Counted from the stretch's first letter, positions 1 to 9,480 are shown. The stretch is 32,000 nucleotides of DNA from Pseudoalteromonas translucida KMM 520 (GCF_001465295.1 NZ_CP011034.1:2580001-2612000), one strand, 5' to 3'. Notes: a model not told the origin generated them from the sequence alone. Translations and numbers: made by a program.

Positions 1-287
1 GTGAAGGCTTTGAAGCCGGTGCTAAAAAAGCAGGCATTGCATTAACCACTAACTATGCCGGTGGCATGTATGGCTTTTTCTTTACTGATGCTGAAAAAGT
101 AACAACTTACAAACAAGCTACTGAGTGCGACCTAGAGCGTTTTAAACGTTTTTTCCACCTAATGCTTGAAGAAGGTGTTTACTTAGCACCGTCTGCTTTT
201 GAAGCAGGCTTTGTATGTGCAGCGCACAACGAGCAAGAAATAAAAGATACCATTGCAGCCGCAGATCGCGCGTTTGCTAAGCTGTAA
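1..287 (+). CDS. hemL: Glutamate-1-semialdehyde 2,1-aminomutase, C-terminal fragment (5' end lies outside the window; reading frame starts at nt 3)
   Basis: The frame is open from the window edge. The C-terminal sequence ...[37 protein letters not shown] closely resembles the E. coli HemL C-terminus. It lies convergent with mrcB, as in E. coli. Confidence 0.9.
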   Translation, partial: EGFEAGAKKAGIALTTNYAGGMYGFFFTDAEKVTTYKQATECDLERFKRFFHLMLEEGVYLAPSAFEAGFVCAAHNEQEIKDTIAAADRAFAKL

Positions 288-310
288 AACATCAGTTTTG
301 TTCAGCCAAT

Positions 311-337
311 AAAAAAAGCCCTAACGGGCTTTTTTTG
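311..337. terminator. Bidirectional intrinsic terminator between convergent hemL and mrcB
   Basis: Hairpin AGCCC-TAAC-GGGCT (317-330) is flanked by A7 upstream and T6 downstream. Confidence 0.8.
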
Positions 338-361
338 TGTCTTGTAGTTATTCAAATAAGC

Positions 362-2704
362 TTAACGAATACACTGCGGCCTGGGTTCAAATTCACTGGC
401 TCTTAGTGGTAGCTGAATAACTTTGCCACACCCTGGTGGCGCTTGTTTACCCGTTAGCTCGTTAATAAACGCCCAGCGAATTGAAGGAGGACGAGTGTCG
501 GCTATCGCTTCGGGGTTTAGCGGTTTTAAATAACGAATATAGGTCTCTAAAGCCCCTACACTGCCAGTTAAACCGGTACTTTTGTTATCGTCTCGGCCTA
601 GCCAAGCAACGGTCACTGTGTTTTGATCAAACCCGGCAAACCAGCTATCGCGTAAATCATTACTGGTGCCTGTTTTACCCGCAAGCTGGATCGACGGAAA
701 GTGTAAATTTAACCGTTTTGCGGTGCCATCTTTAGTCACTCGTTTCATTGCGTATTTTGTCATGTACATGGCATCTTTAGCAAAACGCGGCTCAGAATTT
801 ACTTCGTGCTTATACAGTACTTTGCCTATTGAGTCGGTTAACGCCGAAATAGCGGTTAACTTTCTATATTCGCCATCGGCAGCAATGGTTGTGTACAATT
901 GCGCTACCTCAAAACTAGACATTTCAAGTGCCCCCAATAACAACGATGGGTATTCGTTAATTCTTCCCTGCGCGCCTAATCCTCTTAATGTGTTTGCAAC
1001 TTTATCTACCCCTACATCAAGGCCAAGATTTACCGCAGGTATATTTATACTGCGACTAAAAGCTTTGTATAACGGGATTGCTCCGCGAAATTGACGATCG
1101 TAGTTTTCAGGCTGCCATACTTTACCTTGCTCATTGGTAACTTGCACCGGTGAGTCGTCAAGTAAAGTTGCTAGGTTATAATGTGGTAACTGCAGCGCGC
1201 TTAAATACACAGCAGGCTTAACTAATGAGCCAATATTACGTTTGGTATCAAGTACTCGGTTAAAGCCTGAATAACGCACGTCGCGCCCAGAAACTAATGC
1301 CGATACGCCACCTTTTTCTACGTTAACTGAGATCATCGCCGCTTCAAGCGCGCGAGTATTAGGGCGTTTTTCTAAATAAGGCAAACTTGCCTGAATCGAC
1401 TCTTCCATTGCCGTTTGTTTTTGTAAGTCAAAATAGGTAAACACACGAACACCGGCATCTAACACATTTTGATCGGGCAATAACTGCTTGAGTTCACGAT
1501 TTACTAGTTCTAAATAACCTGGGTACGATTTTTGTAAACTGGCTTTCATTGGCGCTATATTTAAAGGACGTTTTAATGCAGCGCGGTATTCATTAGTGCT
1601 CAAAAGTTTGTCTTCAACCATTAAGCGCAGCACTAAGTCACGACGCTCCATTGTGCGCTCTTCATAACGACGTGGATTGTAATAAGACGGCCCTTTTACC
1701 ATAGCCACCAGCAGCGCTATTTGATCGTATTCTAGCTCATCTACTGGTTTAGAAAAGTAAAACTCAGCAGCCAAGCCCATGCCATGCACGCCTTGGTTAT
1801 AAGACTGCCCTAAATATACTTCATTTAAATACGCTTCAAGTATTTGATCTTTTGAATAACGGTAATCTAAAATAAGTGCAATAAACGCTTCATTTATTTT
1901 TCGTGTAAGTGAGCGCTCTCGGGTTAAATAAATATTTTTAGCCAGTTGTTGCGTTAACGTACTGCCGCCCTGAACTGTTCGCCCAGCACGAATATTACTG
2001 TACAGTGCACGTAAAATAGAAAATACCGAAACCCCGTGGTGCTGATAAAAATTACGATCTTCAACCACTAAAAGCGTGTCTTTGAGCATTGCCGGAAATT
2101 TATCCAGCGGTACAAATTCACGATCTTGTTTAGAGTCGTTACCTATACGTGCTATTTGCACCGGCTCCAACCTAGCGTTGTTTAAACGCCGGCCAAACTT
2201 GTCTTTAATACTAGCCACTTTTTGCCCAGCAAAACGCAGCTCAATAATATGCGCCTGTTCTAGCGCATCATAAAATTCAAAATCACGACGATATATTTTA
2301 ATGCTGTTGGCAGTTTTAACATATTGCCCAGTACGACTTAATCTATTAACGGCTGAGTAGTTTAGCCGCTCTAATTCCCAAATAACCTCTTGGCTTGATA
2401 AGAACTGTCCGGGGTAAAACGCCATCGAGCGTGCATAAACTTGCGCAGGAAGCTGCCACTTATTACCTTCAAATTGGCGGGTAATTTTTGCATCGAGGTA
2501 AATAAAATAAAGCGCCATAGCAATAAATGTCGCTAAGCTAAGTTTCCAAAAAATAGACCATAGTTTATTGAGTAAAGATCGCTGAGCAACTGATGATTTG
2601 TTTTTTGTACTTTTTTTAGCGCCGTTACGCGGTGTACTTTTAGAGGGTTTAGCGCTGCGCTTTGTGGGGGTTTTACCTGTCGGTGTTTTTTTATTATCAG
2701 CCAT
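362..2704 (-). CDS. mrcB: Penicillin-binding protein 1B (bifunctional peptidoglycan glycosyltransferase/transpeptidase)
   Basis: 780 aa with a basic cytoplasmic tail and one TM. Glycosyltransferase motifs EDRNFYQHHGV, GGSTLTQQL and RKINEA are present. Transpeptidase motifs SLVK (SxxK), SIN (SxN) and KTGT are present. Domain order is typical of class A PBP1B. Confidence 0.93.
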   Translation of the reverse strand: MADNKKTPTGKTPTKRSAKPSKSTPRNGAKKSTKNKSSVAQRSLLNKLWSIFWKLSLATFIAMALYFIYLDAKITRQFEGNKWQLPAQVYARSMAFYPGQFLSSQEVIWELERLNYSAVNRLSRTGQYVKTANSIKIYRRDFEFYDALEQAHIIELRFAGQKVASIKDKFGRRLNNARLEPVQIARIGNDSKQDREFVPLDKFPAMLKDTLLVVEDRNFYQHHGVSVFSILRALYSNIRAGRTVQGGSTLTQQLAKNIYLTRERSLTRKINEAFIALILDYRYSKDQILEAYLNEVYLGQSYNQGVHGMGLAAEFYFSKPVDELEYDQIALLVAMVKGPSYYNPRRYEERTMERRDLVLRLMVEDKLLSTNEYRAALKRPLNIAPMKASLQKSYPGYLELVNRELKQLLPDQNVLDAGVRVFTYFDLQKQTAMEESIQASLPYLEKRPNTRALEAAMISVNVEKGGVSALVSGRDVRYSGFNRVLDTKRNIGSLVKPAVYLSALQLPHYNLATLLDDSPVQVTNEQGKVWQPENYDRQFRGAIPLYKAFSRSINIPAVNLGLDVGVDKVANTLRGLGAQGRINEYPSLLLGALEMSSFEVAQLYTTIAADGEYRKLTAISALTDSIGKVLYKHEVNSEPRFAKDAMYMTKYAMKRVTKDGTAKRLNLHFPSIQLAGKTGTSNDLRDSWFAGFDQNTVTVAWLGRDDNKSTGLTGSVGALETYIRYLKPLNPEAIADTRPPSIRWAFINELTGKQAPPGCGKVIQLPLRASEFEPRPQCIR

Positions 2705-2828
2705 TTAAATATAATTTATTCCAAGGTTTATTTTACGGATGTGAGCTTAGCATAGTCACCTGCCAGTTCACCATTATAAGGTAAATTAACAACCCATCTT
2801 AGCAGCACTAAAGTTAACCTCCCCTGAA

Positions 2829-2857
2829 ATAAAAAAGCGCTACCTAAGTAGCGCTTT
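2829..2857 (-). terminator. Intrinsic terminator downstream of amtB
   Basis: Hairpin GCGCTAC-CTAA-GTAGCGC (2837-2854). The A6 run on the plus strand gives a U-tract on the minus strand. Confidence 0.75.
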
Positions 2858-2880
2858 GGACAACACACAATAACTTAAAT

Positions 2881-4110
2881 TTAATTACTACGAACCGATA
2901 CAAATTCTGGATAGGCGTCAATGCCACAATCGTGTTGATCCATACCGTTTAACTCTTCTTCTTCGGTAACCCTAATGCCCATAGTATGCTTTAAAATTGC
3001 CCACACCAGCAGCGAAGAAATAAACACAAAACCAATAATACACAACAAGCCTATTAACTGAGTTACCAAGTTTGCCTCGGCGTTTGTCACAGGTACTAAC
3101 ATAATACCAAGTACCCCACATACGCCATGCACAGAAATAGCACCCACTGGGTCGTCTATTTTTGCCTTATCAAGTATAACAATACTAAATACCACTAATG
3201 AGCCGCCTAATAATCCTAATAAACACGCCATCAATGGTGAAGGTGAAAGCGGATCGGCGGTAATCACAACCAGCCCAGCTAACGCGCCATTTAACACCAT
3301 AGTTAAATCGGCTTTACCCCATAATGCTTTACAAACAAACAGTGCCGAAACAGCGCCCATTGCAGCAGCTGCATTGGTGTTTAATAAAATTTTTCCTACT
3401 GCAGTCGCGTTTTCAGCATCTGATATAAGTAACTGCGAGCCGCCATTAAAACCAAACCAGCCCATCCATAAAATAAACGTACCTAACGTTGCCAAAGGTA
3501 AGTTTGACCCCGGAATTGGGTATATTTCGCCATTTTTACCATATTTACCTTTGCGTGCACCCAGTAATAATACGCCAGCTAATGCCGCTGATGCGCCGGT
3601 TGCATGCACTATTGCTGAGCCAGCAAAGTCAACAAAACCCATTGCCGATAAAAACCCCGAACCCCAAGTCCAGTAACCCTCAATAGGATATATAAGCCCA
3701 GTTAACACCAAGGTAAACACCAAAAATGCCCACAACTTCATGCGCTCAGCCACCGCACCCGAGACAATAGACATAGCCGTGGCAACAAAAACAACTTGAA
3801 AGAAAAAATCAGACTCTAGAGAATGATCAGCATCAGCGGCTTGTGTACCAATTAAGCCACCAAATGAAGGAATAATGCCTCCCTCGGTATTCCCTACATA
3901 CATAATATTGTAACCAACGAGTAAAAACATGGTGCATGCAATTGAATACAAGGCGATATTTTTAGTTAATATTTCTGTGGTGTTTTTTGAGCGTACTAAA
4001 CCCGCCTCTAACATGGCAAATCCTGCAGCCATCCACATTACTAATATGCCACAAATTAAAAAATAAAAGGTGTCGAGCGAAAACTTTAGCTCTATCAGTG
4101 TACTTTCCAT
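2881..4110 (-). CDS. amtB: Ammonium transporter (Amt family)
   Basis: 409 aa polytopic membrane protein. It has Amt signature segments DFAGSAIVHATG and ISVHGVCGVLG (the twin-His pore). It starts 9 nt downstream of glnK. Confidence 0.93.
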   Translation of the reverse strand: MESTLIELKFSLDTFYFLICGILVMWMAAGFAMLEAGLVRSKNTTEILTKNIALYSIACTMFLLVGYNIMYVGNTEGGIIPSFGGLIGTQAADADHSLESDFFFQVVFVATAMSIVSGAVAERMKLWAFLVFTLVLTGLIYPIEGYWTWGSGFLSAMGFVDFAGSAIVHATGASAALAGVLLLGARKGKYGKNGEIYPIPGSNLPLATLGTFILWMGWFGFNGGSQLLISDAENATAVGKILLNTNAAAAMGAVSALFVCKALWGKADLTMVLNGALAGLVVITADPLSPSPLMACLLGLLGGSLVVFSIVILDKAKIDDPVGAISVHGVCGVLGIMLVPVTNAEANLVTQLIGLLCIIGFVFISSLLVWAILKHTMGIRVTEEEELNGMDQHDCGIDAYPEFVSVRSN

Positions 4111-4119
4111 AAATCCCCC

Positions 4120-4458
4120 TTAAAGTGCATCTTCATCAAGTTCGCCCGTACGAATACGAACAATGTGATCTAGGTCGTACACAAAAATCTTACCGTCACC
4201 TATTTTGCCGGTGCCCGCAACTTGCGTAATTGAGTCAACTACGCGTTGGCAGTTTTCAGTACGAGTGGCAATTTCGAGTTTAATTTTAGGAATAAAATCA
4301 ACTTGGTATTCTGCCCCACGATACAATTCGGTATGACCACGTTGTCGACCAAAGCCTTTTACATCAACAACTGTCATCCCTTCTATACCTAAATCAGCGA
4401 GTGCTGTGCGCACTTCATCTAATTTAAATGGCTTTATGATTGCACTAATCATTTTCAT
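4120..4458 (-). CDS. glnK: Nitrogen regulatory protein P-II (GlnK type, co-operonic with amtB)
   Basis: 112 aa with the canonical PII sequence MKMISAIIKPFKLDEV... The T-loop GRQRGHTELYRGAEY contains the uridylylatable Tyr. SD AAGGGGA precedes the ATG. Confidence 0.93.
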   Translation of the reverse strand: MKMISAIIKPFKLDEVRTALADLGIEGMTVVDVKGFGRQRGHTELYRGAEYQVDFIPKIKLEIATRTENCQRVVDSITQVAGTGKIGDGKIFVYDLDHIVRIRTGELDEDAL

Positions 4459-4503
4459 TTTAGTCCCCTTAGGACACGTTATTGTTTTTCTTAGTTAATA
4501 CAA

Positions 4504-4519
4504 TCCAAGCTTTATGCCA
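4504..4519 (-). promoter_or_regulatory. Weak sigma54-like -24/-12 candidate upstream of glnK
   Basis: The minus strand reads TGGCAT-AAAGC-TTGGA. The GG of the -24 element is correct, but the -12 element is TTGG rather than TTGC. It lies about 45-60 nt upstream of the glnK ATG. Confidence 0.2.
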
Positions 4520-4572
4520 TTTATATATGGCAATAAAAAACAATAACTTATAAAAATACTTTATATTTAAAA

Positions 4573-4603
4573 CAAAAAAAAGCACCAATTAGGTGCGTTT
4601 TTG
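4573..4603 (-). terminator. Short intrinsic terminator downstream of the REC-REC-GGDEF gene
   Basis: Hairpin GCACC-AATTA-GGTGC (4582-4596). The A8 run on the plus strand gives U8 on the minus strand. The stem is only 5 bp, so strength is uncertain. Confidence 0.5.
4581..4597. promoter_or_regulatory. NtrC-like palindrome (candidate enhancer site for glnK-amtB)
   Basis: AGCACCA-ATT-AGGTGCG matches the NtrC consensus TGCACCA-N3-TGGTGCA at 11 of 14 specified positions. It lies about 65-90 nt upstream of the sigma54-like element. An isolated TGGTGCG half-site is at 4621-4627. Confidence 0.3.
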
Positions 4604-4640
4604 TTATATATAATACTTGATTGGTGCGTACGTATTTAAC

Positions 4641-5951
4641 TCAACGTATAGCTGTAACCTCTGCTAGCTGCAAGGTGTTATTTAAAACCACACAATTGCG
4701 CCCTTGCTTTTTAGCTTGATACAAAGCCCTATCGGCAACACGCATAGCAGCAGTTAAACTGGTATTTTGAAATTCGGCTAAGCCTATGCTTGCTGTTATT
4801 GATAAGGTTTTATCACTGATAGTAAAGTCGTAACTTGCGAGCTTTTGTATAAATGAATTTAAACATTTTTCGGCTTGTTCAACTTCTACTTGCGCTAATA
4901 TAATTGCAAACTCTTCACCACCAATACGTGCAACAGTACTGTTAGAAAATGACGTACGGATTAAATTACTCACTTGTTTAAGCGCTTGATCGCCGCCGTC
5001 ATGCCCAAATTCATCGTTTATAGCTTTAAAAAAATCTATATCGAGTAACACTAAGCTATTTTTATGATTTTTATTTTTAAGTAGTTTTTCAGCATATTGA
5101 TAAAAGTAACGACGATTATAAAGCCCGGTAAGATGATCTCGAAAAGCACTTTCTTTAATGTCTGCAATTAACGATAACTGCTCCATGGTTTGCAATACAC
5201 GACAATGAAACTCTTCATTCATAAATGGTTTAGTTAAAAAGTCATTTGCGCCATATTTAATAAATCGCGCCGATAAACCATGCTTACTCGCACCTGATAA
5301 CCCAATAATTGCTAGGTCATCGCGGCCTCTAAAATTTCTTACCGCTTTAACTAACTCAAAACCATCCATTGTTGGCATTGCATAGTCTGTCATGAGTAAT
5401 TTAATCTCAGCATCGTTTTTAAGCATATCTAATGCTTGGCGTCCATCGTGCGCCTCACTTACTGCAAACAGTTGTTTTTCTAGCATTTGCTTCATTAAAG
5501 TGCGACTTAAAACCGAGTCGTCGGCTATTAATGCTTTACAACCTTGGTTACGCAGCAGCTGTGCAACTAATTTTATAGCGTAATTATATGAATCACGATT
5601 ATCTTTTATCACGTAATCAATTACGCCTAATTCTAACATTTGCAGGCGTTTGTACTCATCCATTTTAGAGGTAAGCACCACAGTAGGAATACCTTTTAAT
5701 AAGGTATACTTGGCCACCTCACCATTTGGTGCGTCGGGGAGCGTTAAATCAACTAAGGCAAGTGTATAGCTGTGTTTACTTACAAATTCTTTACACTCAG
5801 ATAAAGACCAAGCAAAATCAATGGCAACATCAAGATACTGTGCAGATATATGGCGAAGGACTTGTTGTACTACTTTACTATCTTCAACTATCAACAGTCT
5901 TTGCATAGGGCTTCTCTTTACTTCTAATTTGATTACTTGTTTTATAACCAT
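4641..5951 (-). CDS. Response regulator with two receiver domains and a GGDEF diguanylate cyclase domain (PleD-like architecture)
   Basis: REC1 (LLIVEDS...LALVDLTLPD), REC2 (ALIADDS...LLMTDYAMP...TKPF), then GGDEF with an intact GGEEF motif. The start is more likely the ATG at 5906 (MQRLLIVEDS, preceded by AAGAGAAG) than 5951. Confidence 0.9.
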   Translation of the reverse strand: MVIKQVIKLEVKRSPMQRLLIVEDSKVVQQVLRHISAQYLDVAIDFAWSLSECKEFVSKHSYTLALVDLTLPDAPNGEVAKYTLLKGIPTVVLTSKMDEYKRLQMLELGVIDYVIKDNRDSYNYAIKLVAQLLRNQGCKALIADDSVLSRTLMKQMLEKQLFAVSEAHDGRQALDMLKNDAEIKLLMTDYAMPTMDGFELVKAVRNFRGRDDLAIIGLSGASKHGLSARFIKYGANDFLTKPFMNEEFHCRVLQTMEQLSLIADIKESAFRDHLTGLYNRRYFYQYAEKLLKNKNHKNSLVLLDIDFFKAINDEFGHDGGDQALKQVSNLIRTSFSNSTVARIGGEEFAIILAQVEVEQAEKCLNSFIQKLASYDFTISDKTLSITASIGLAEFQNTSLTAAMRVADRALYQAKKQGRNCVVLNNTLQLAEVTAIR

Positions 5952-6258
5952 GTGTTCATCATAAATTTAAAGCCTTTGGTGAGGTTTTAAATTTATTAAA
6001 AAGCAAATTACACACCCTGTCGGTTTGCCACTATTTTTTAAAAGTAAATCTCACTTATTTAAGCTACTATTTATAAATAAATGTGAATATACATTACTTT
6101 CATCACAATCGAAATAAAGGGCGATATAATGCGTTAAAAGCTAAGTTTTTACACATTATATTGACTCAACCACTATTATCGGCAACTAGTCTCAATACTT
6201 TTGTTTTTTTACCGAATATTTCTTTTAATAGAACATTAACAATAAAAAAGGGTCATTC

Positions 6259-7779
6259 ATGAAGTTTAGCCAAAGTATTTTTTTACCTATTGCCGCCATT
6301 GCCTTAACACTTAGTAGTGCCTCCTTTGCCGATAATAACCAGCGTCGCATTGATATCGACAGTAAAGTGGTTACTGAGCACAAAGCAAAAATTAATAATC
6401 AGCGCTTTTCATATACGGTTGCAACCGGCACGCAACCTGTTTGGGATGACAAAGGCGATGCCATAGCAACCCTACAATACACTTACTATACCCGCGATAA
6501 GGTAGATGACAGAGCAAAGCGCCCTTTGCTTATTTCGTTTAATGGCGGCCCAGGTTCGGCATCGGTTTGGATGCACCTTGCTTATACTGGCCCTCGCGTA
6601 TTAAAAATTGATGATGAAGGCTACCCCATTCAACCATATGGGGTTAAAGACAACCCTTACTCTGTGCTCGACATTGCCGATATTGTATATGTAAATCCGG
6701 TAAACACCGGCTACTCTCGCGTGGTTGAAGATAAAGAAGGTAAATTACTCTCTAAAGCTGAACAAAAAGAGCAGTTTTTTGGCGTAAAAGCCGATATTAA
6801 GTACCTCGCTGAGTGGCTAAATACCTTTGTAAACAGAAACGAGCGCTGGCGCTCTCCTAAGTTTTTAATTGGCGAAAGCTATGGTACAACACGTGTATCG
6901 GGCCTTGCTCATGAACTGCAAAATAGCCAATGGATGTACATTAACGGCGTAGTATTGGTTTCACCAACCGATATTGGTATTAAACGCGACGGCCCAATTA
7001 AAGCGGCTAACCGCCTGCCTTACTTTGCCGCTACAGCTTGGTATCACAAAGCATTAAATGCCAACTTACAAGCTAAAGACCTAGACGAATTACTGCCTGA
7101 AGTTGAACAGTTTACAATTAACGAACTGATCCCCGCACTGGCTAAAGGCGGCTTTATTGCAGATGATGAAAAACGCCGCATAATTAAAAAAATGGCGCAA
7201 TATGCAGGGCTTTCTGAAACCTTTGTAGAGCAAAATAACTTAGATATTCCAACGCAGTTTTTTTGGAAAGAGCTATTACGTGACCGCGGCCAAATGGTAG
7301 GACGCTTAGACTCGCGTTATTTAGGTATTGATAAACGCGATGCGGGCGAATCGCCTGATTACTGGGCAGAACTCACGTCGTGGTTACACTCATTCACTCC
7401 CGCGATTAATCATTACTTGCGTGAAGAGTTAAATTATAAAACAGATATTAAATATAACCTGTTTGGTAATGTGCACCCATGGGACAGAAGCGGGAATAAC
7501 ACCGGCGAAAACTTGCGTTTAGCTATGGCGCAAAACCCGTATTTAAAGGTAATGATTCAATCGGGTTATTATGACGGTGCAACTAACTACTTTGATGCTA
7601 AATATACGTTATGGCAGTTAGACCCTAGTGGAAAAATGCAAGACCGTTTAAGCTTTAAAGGCTACAGAAGCGGACATATGATGTACTTACGCCATGCGGA
7701 TTTAGAGAGCTCTAATACCGACTTACGTGAGTTTATAAAAGCAGCATTACCTAAAGAAGGCCAAGCTGCTAAATATTAA
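6259..7779 (+). CDS. Secreted serine carboxypeptidase-like protein (peptidase S10 family)
   Basis: The N-terminal signal peptide is MKFSQSIFLPIAAIALTLSSASFA. A GESYGT nucleophile-elbow motif is present. C-terminal SGYYDGATN and RSGHMMY segments fit the Asp and His of an S10 triad. SD AAAGGG is present. Confidence 0.78.
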   Translation: MKFSQSIFLPIAAIALTLSSASFADNNQRRIDIDSKVVTEHKAKINNQRFSYTVATGTQPVWDDKGDAIATLQYTYYTRDKVDDRAKRPLLISFNGGPGSASVWMHLAYTGPRVLKIDDEGYPIQPYGVKDNPYSVLDIADIVYVNPVNTGYSRVVEDKEGKLLSKAEQKEQFFGVKADIKYLAEWLNTFVNRNERWRSPKFLIGESYGTTRVSGLAHELQNSQWMYINGVVLVSPTDIGIKRDGPIKAANRLPYFAATAWYHKALNANLQAKDLDELLPEVEQFTINELIPALAKGGFIADDEKRRIIKKMAQYAGLSETFVEQNNLDIPTQFFWKELLRDRGQMVGRLDSRYLGIDKRDAGESPDYWAELTSWLHSFTPAINHYLREELNYKTDIKYNLFGNVHPWDRSGNNTGENLRLAMAQNPYLKVMIQSGYYDGATNYFDAKYTLWQLDPSGKMQDRLSFKGYRSGHMMYLRHADLESSNTDLREFIKAALPKEGQAAKY

Positions 7780-7790
7780 TCAGCAAACAT

Positions 7791-7819
7791 AAAAAAAGGC
7801 TCGTAATGAGCCTTTTTTA
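7791..7819. terminator. Bidirectional intrinsic terminator between the S10 peptidase gene and ygiF
   Basis: Hairpin AGGCTC-GTAAT-GAGCCT is flanked by A7 and T6. Confidence 0.85.
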
Positions 7820-7839
7820 TTTAATTATATTCTGTAAAT

Positions 7840-9360
7840 CTAAAGCCAATAAGGCTTTATATCGAACGAAGCCAATCTACTTTGCTCCATTGCACTTACC
7901 AAATATTCTGTTTTTTGTTCTAGCCATGTTTGAATTTTAGCTAGTTTTTCATCTTCTTGACCACCGCAAAGCTGCTTTAAATAGTCAAGGGTACTAAGCT
8001 CATACATACCATGAGAAATATCAAGCCAAGGGAGTCTAAACTCTAAGCGCTCTTCTTTATCAAATAACGCACCTAAGCAATTACCACTTAGTAAACTGTT
8101 CTCTAATTGTGTGCGTATATTAAGGTAGTCGTTCGCAGTTAAAGTTTGTTCTTTAGGTAACAGCTTATGCAAATTTCGCCAATCTTTATCAAACAAACGG
8201 TTAGCAATGCTGGCTACCGATTGGTCAGCGTTTTGTAATTGCTTTTGATCCCAAAACTTGCGCCATTGTTTGTCTATTAACCAGGTTGTTAACGACAGTA
8301 TTAAACGATTATAGCGTGCACTATGAAACAGCGCATAAATGTCGTCAATGCTAGGCTGTAGCTCTTTTAGGTCATTAATAACTTGTGTTAATGCCGGTGC
8401 GTTGTTTATTTTTTTATAAAAAGCGTGGCGTTTAGAAGTATAGGTTTTTAATTGAATTGCATTTTCAACCCACGCTAACTCGCTGAGTAACCACTTTAGT
8501 TCGTTGCGTAAATGCTCAGTACTTTCTTTGCTAACAATGTCGTCAAACAACCAAAAGTTATGACGAATTAAGCTTATACCGTCGGTTACTCGTTTTAAGG
8601 TTTTTAAACTTGGCTTATCGAAATAACATTGTTCGTGCTTTTGCACAAAACGAATACCAAAACCCATAGCCTCTATTAATGCTTGCTCTTGGGTTACTTG
8701 CCCTTTGAGTTTAACAAACCCAATTGATTTACTTGGTTGCAGTGGCGTGTCGTCAGCAAGGCGATACCCTCTTGCAGCCTTTGAATACAAGCCTAAGCGA
8801 ATACAGTTTTGGCTTACTAATTTATCGGCTAGCGCAAATAATTCATTACGGCTGCCCTCAACAAGTTCAATTTCAAGCTCGCTGATCACCTCAACTTTAC
8901 CCGCTGCGGCAATTTCACCTTTATCAAGCACTACTTCTATTTTTGCACCGTTTTGAGTCTCAATTAGCCAGGTACGGCGAATAAAGTTAGTACTAAAAAT
9001 CGGATGTATATTTTGTGCAATAACATTGGCTTGCATGCCATGAGGCCAAATAGATGGGTTAAATGCCATTAAATCTGGACGATTAGACTCTATTGGTAAG
9101 TTAAATTCAGGACGTTGATGTAAGCCCCCAACAACCTCACCGGCGAGTTTAATTGTTTGCTCACATTTATTATCAGCACAACGCGTTCTATAGCCAATAT
9201 CAAGGGCTCTAAGCTCACGGCTTGGCGTATCATAATAAGCATTTTGTAAACTTCGAGATGGCTTATTAGTAACTGTTTTTGCAAATTGTGTAATTAATGA
9301 GGGGATCAGTGGAATGACGGCATCTGATACCAAAAATTTTAGTTCTATCTCAGTATCCAT
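7840..9360 (-). CDS. ygiF: CYTH plus CHAD domain protein (inorganic triphosphatase YgiF family)
   Basis: The N-terminal MDTEIELKFLV carries the ExExK CYTH signature. The long helical C-terminal half is typical of CHAD. It is divergent from a ygiM-like gene, as in E. coli. Confidence 0.85.
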   Translation of the reverse strand: MDTEIELKFLVSDAVIPLIPSLITQFAKTVTNKPSRSLQNAYYDTPSRELRALDIGYRTRCADNKCEQTIKLAGEVVGGLHQRPEFNLPIESNRPDLMAFNPSIWPHGMQANVIAQNIHPIFSTNFIRRTWLIETQNGAKIEVVLDKGEIAAAGKVEVISELEIELVEGSRNELFALADKLVSQNCIRLGLYSKAARGYRLADDTPLQPSKSIGFVKLKGQVTQEQALIEAMGFGIRFVQKHEQCYFDKPSLKTLKRVTDGISLIRHNFWLFDDIVSKESTEHLRNELKWLLSELAWVENAIQLKTYTSKRHAFYKKINNAPALTQVINDLKELQPSIDDIYALFHSARYNRLILSLTTWLIDKQWRKFWDQKQLQNADQSVASIANRLFDKDWRNLHKLLPKEQTLTANDYLNIRTQLENSLLSGNCLGALFDKEERLEFRLPWLDISHGMYELSTLDYLKQLCGGQEDEKLAKIQTWLEQKTEYLVSAMEQSRLASFDIKPYWL

Positions 9361-9480
9361 TAGTTATGCGGATTACCCTTAAAATTAATAAGTGGTCAAA
9401 ATAAACAAAGCCGCCCCATATTGCAAATATTTTAGTCAAAATGGGCCGCTAATAAAATAACACCGGTTACAATATCAACC

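Noticed and set aside
666-1094. 142-aa plus-strand ORF (and the 84-aa ORF at 481-735 and 65-aa ORF at 2076-2273) inside mrcB
   Set aside because: They are fully antisense to a well-supported PBP1B gene. They have no SD, and their composition is Ser/Leu/Cys/Arg-rich, as expected of antisense frames.
3374-3686. 100-aa and 65-aa plus-strand ORFs inside amtB
   Set aside because: They are antisense to the ammonium transporter gene. They are Pro/Asn/Ala-rich mirror-frame artefacts with no start context.
5952-6258. Searched the long AT-rich intergenic regions (5952-6258, 21550-21778, 20415-20472) for a GEMM-I c-di-GMP riboswitch or another structured RNA
   Set aside because: No GGGCAAACC / ACGCAAAGCC-type conserved segments and no convincing multi-stem structure are present. 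I saw only short 4-6 bp hairpins.
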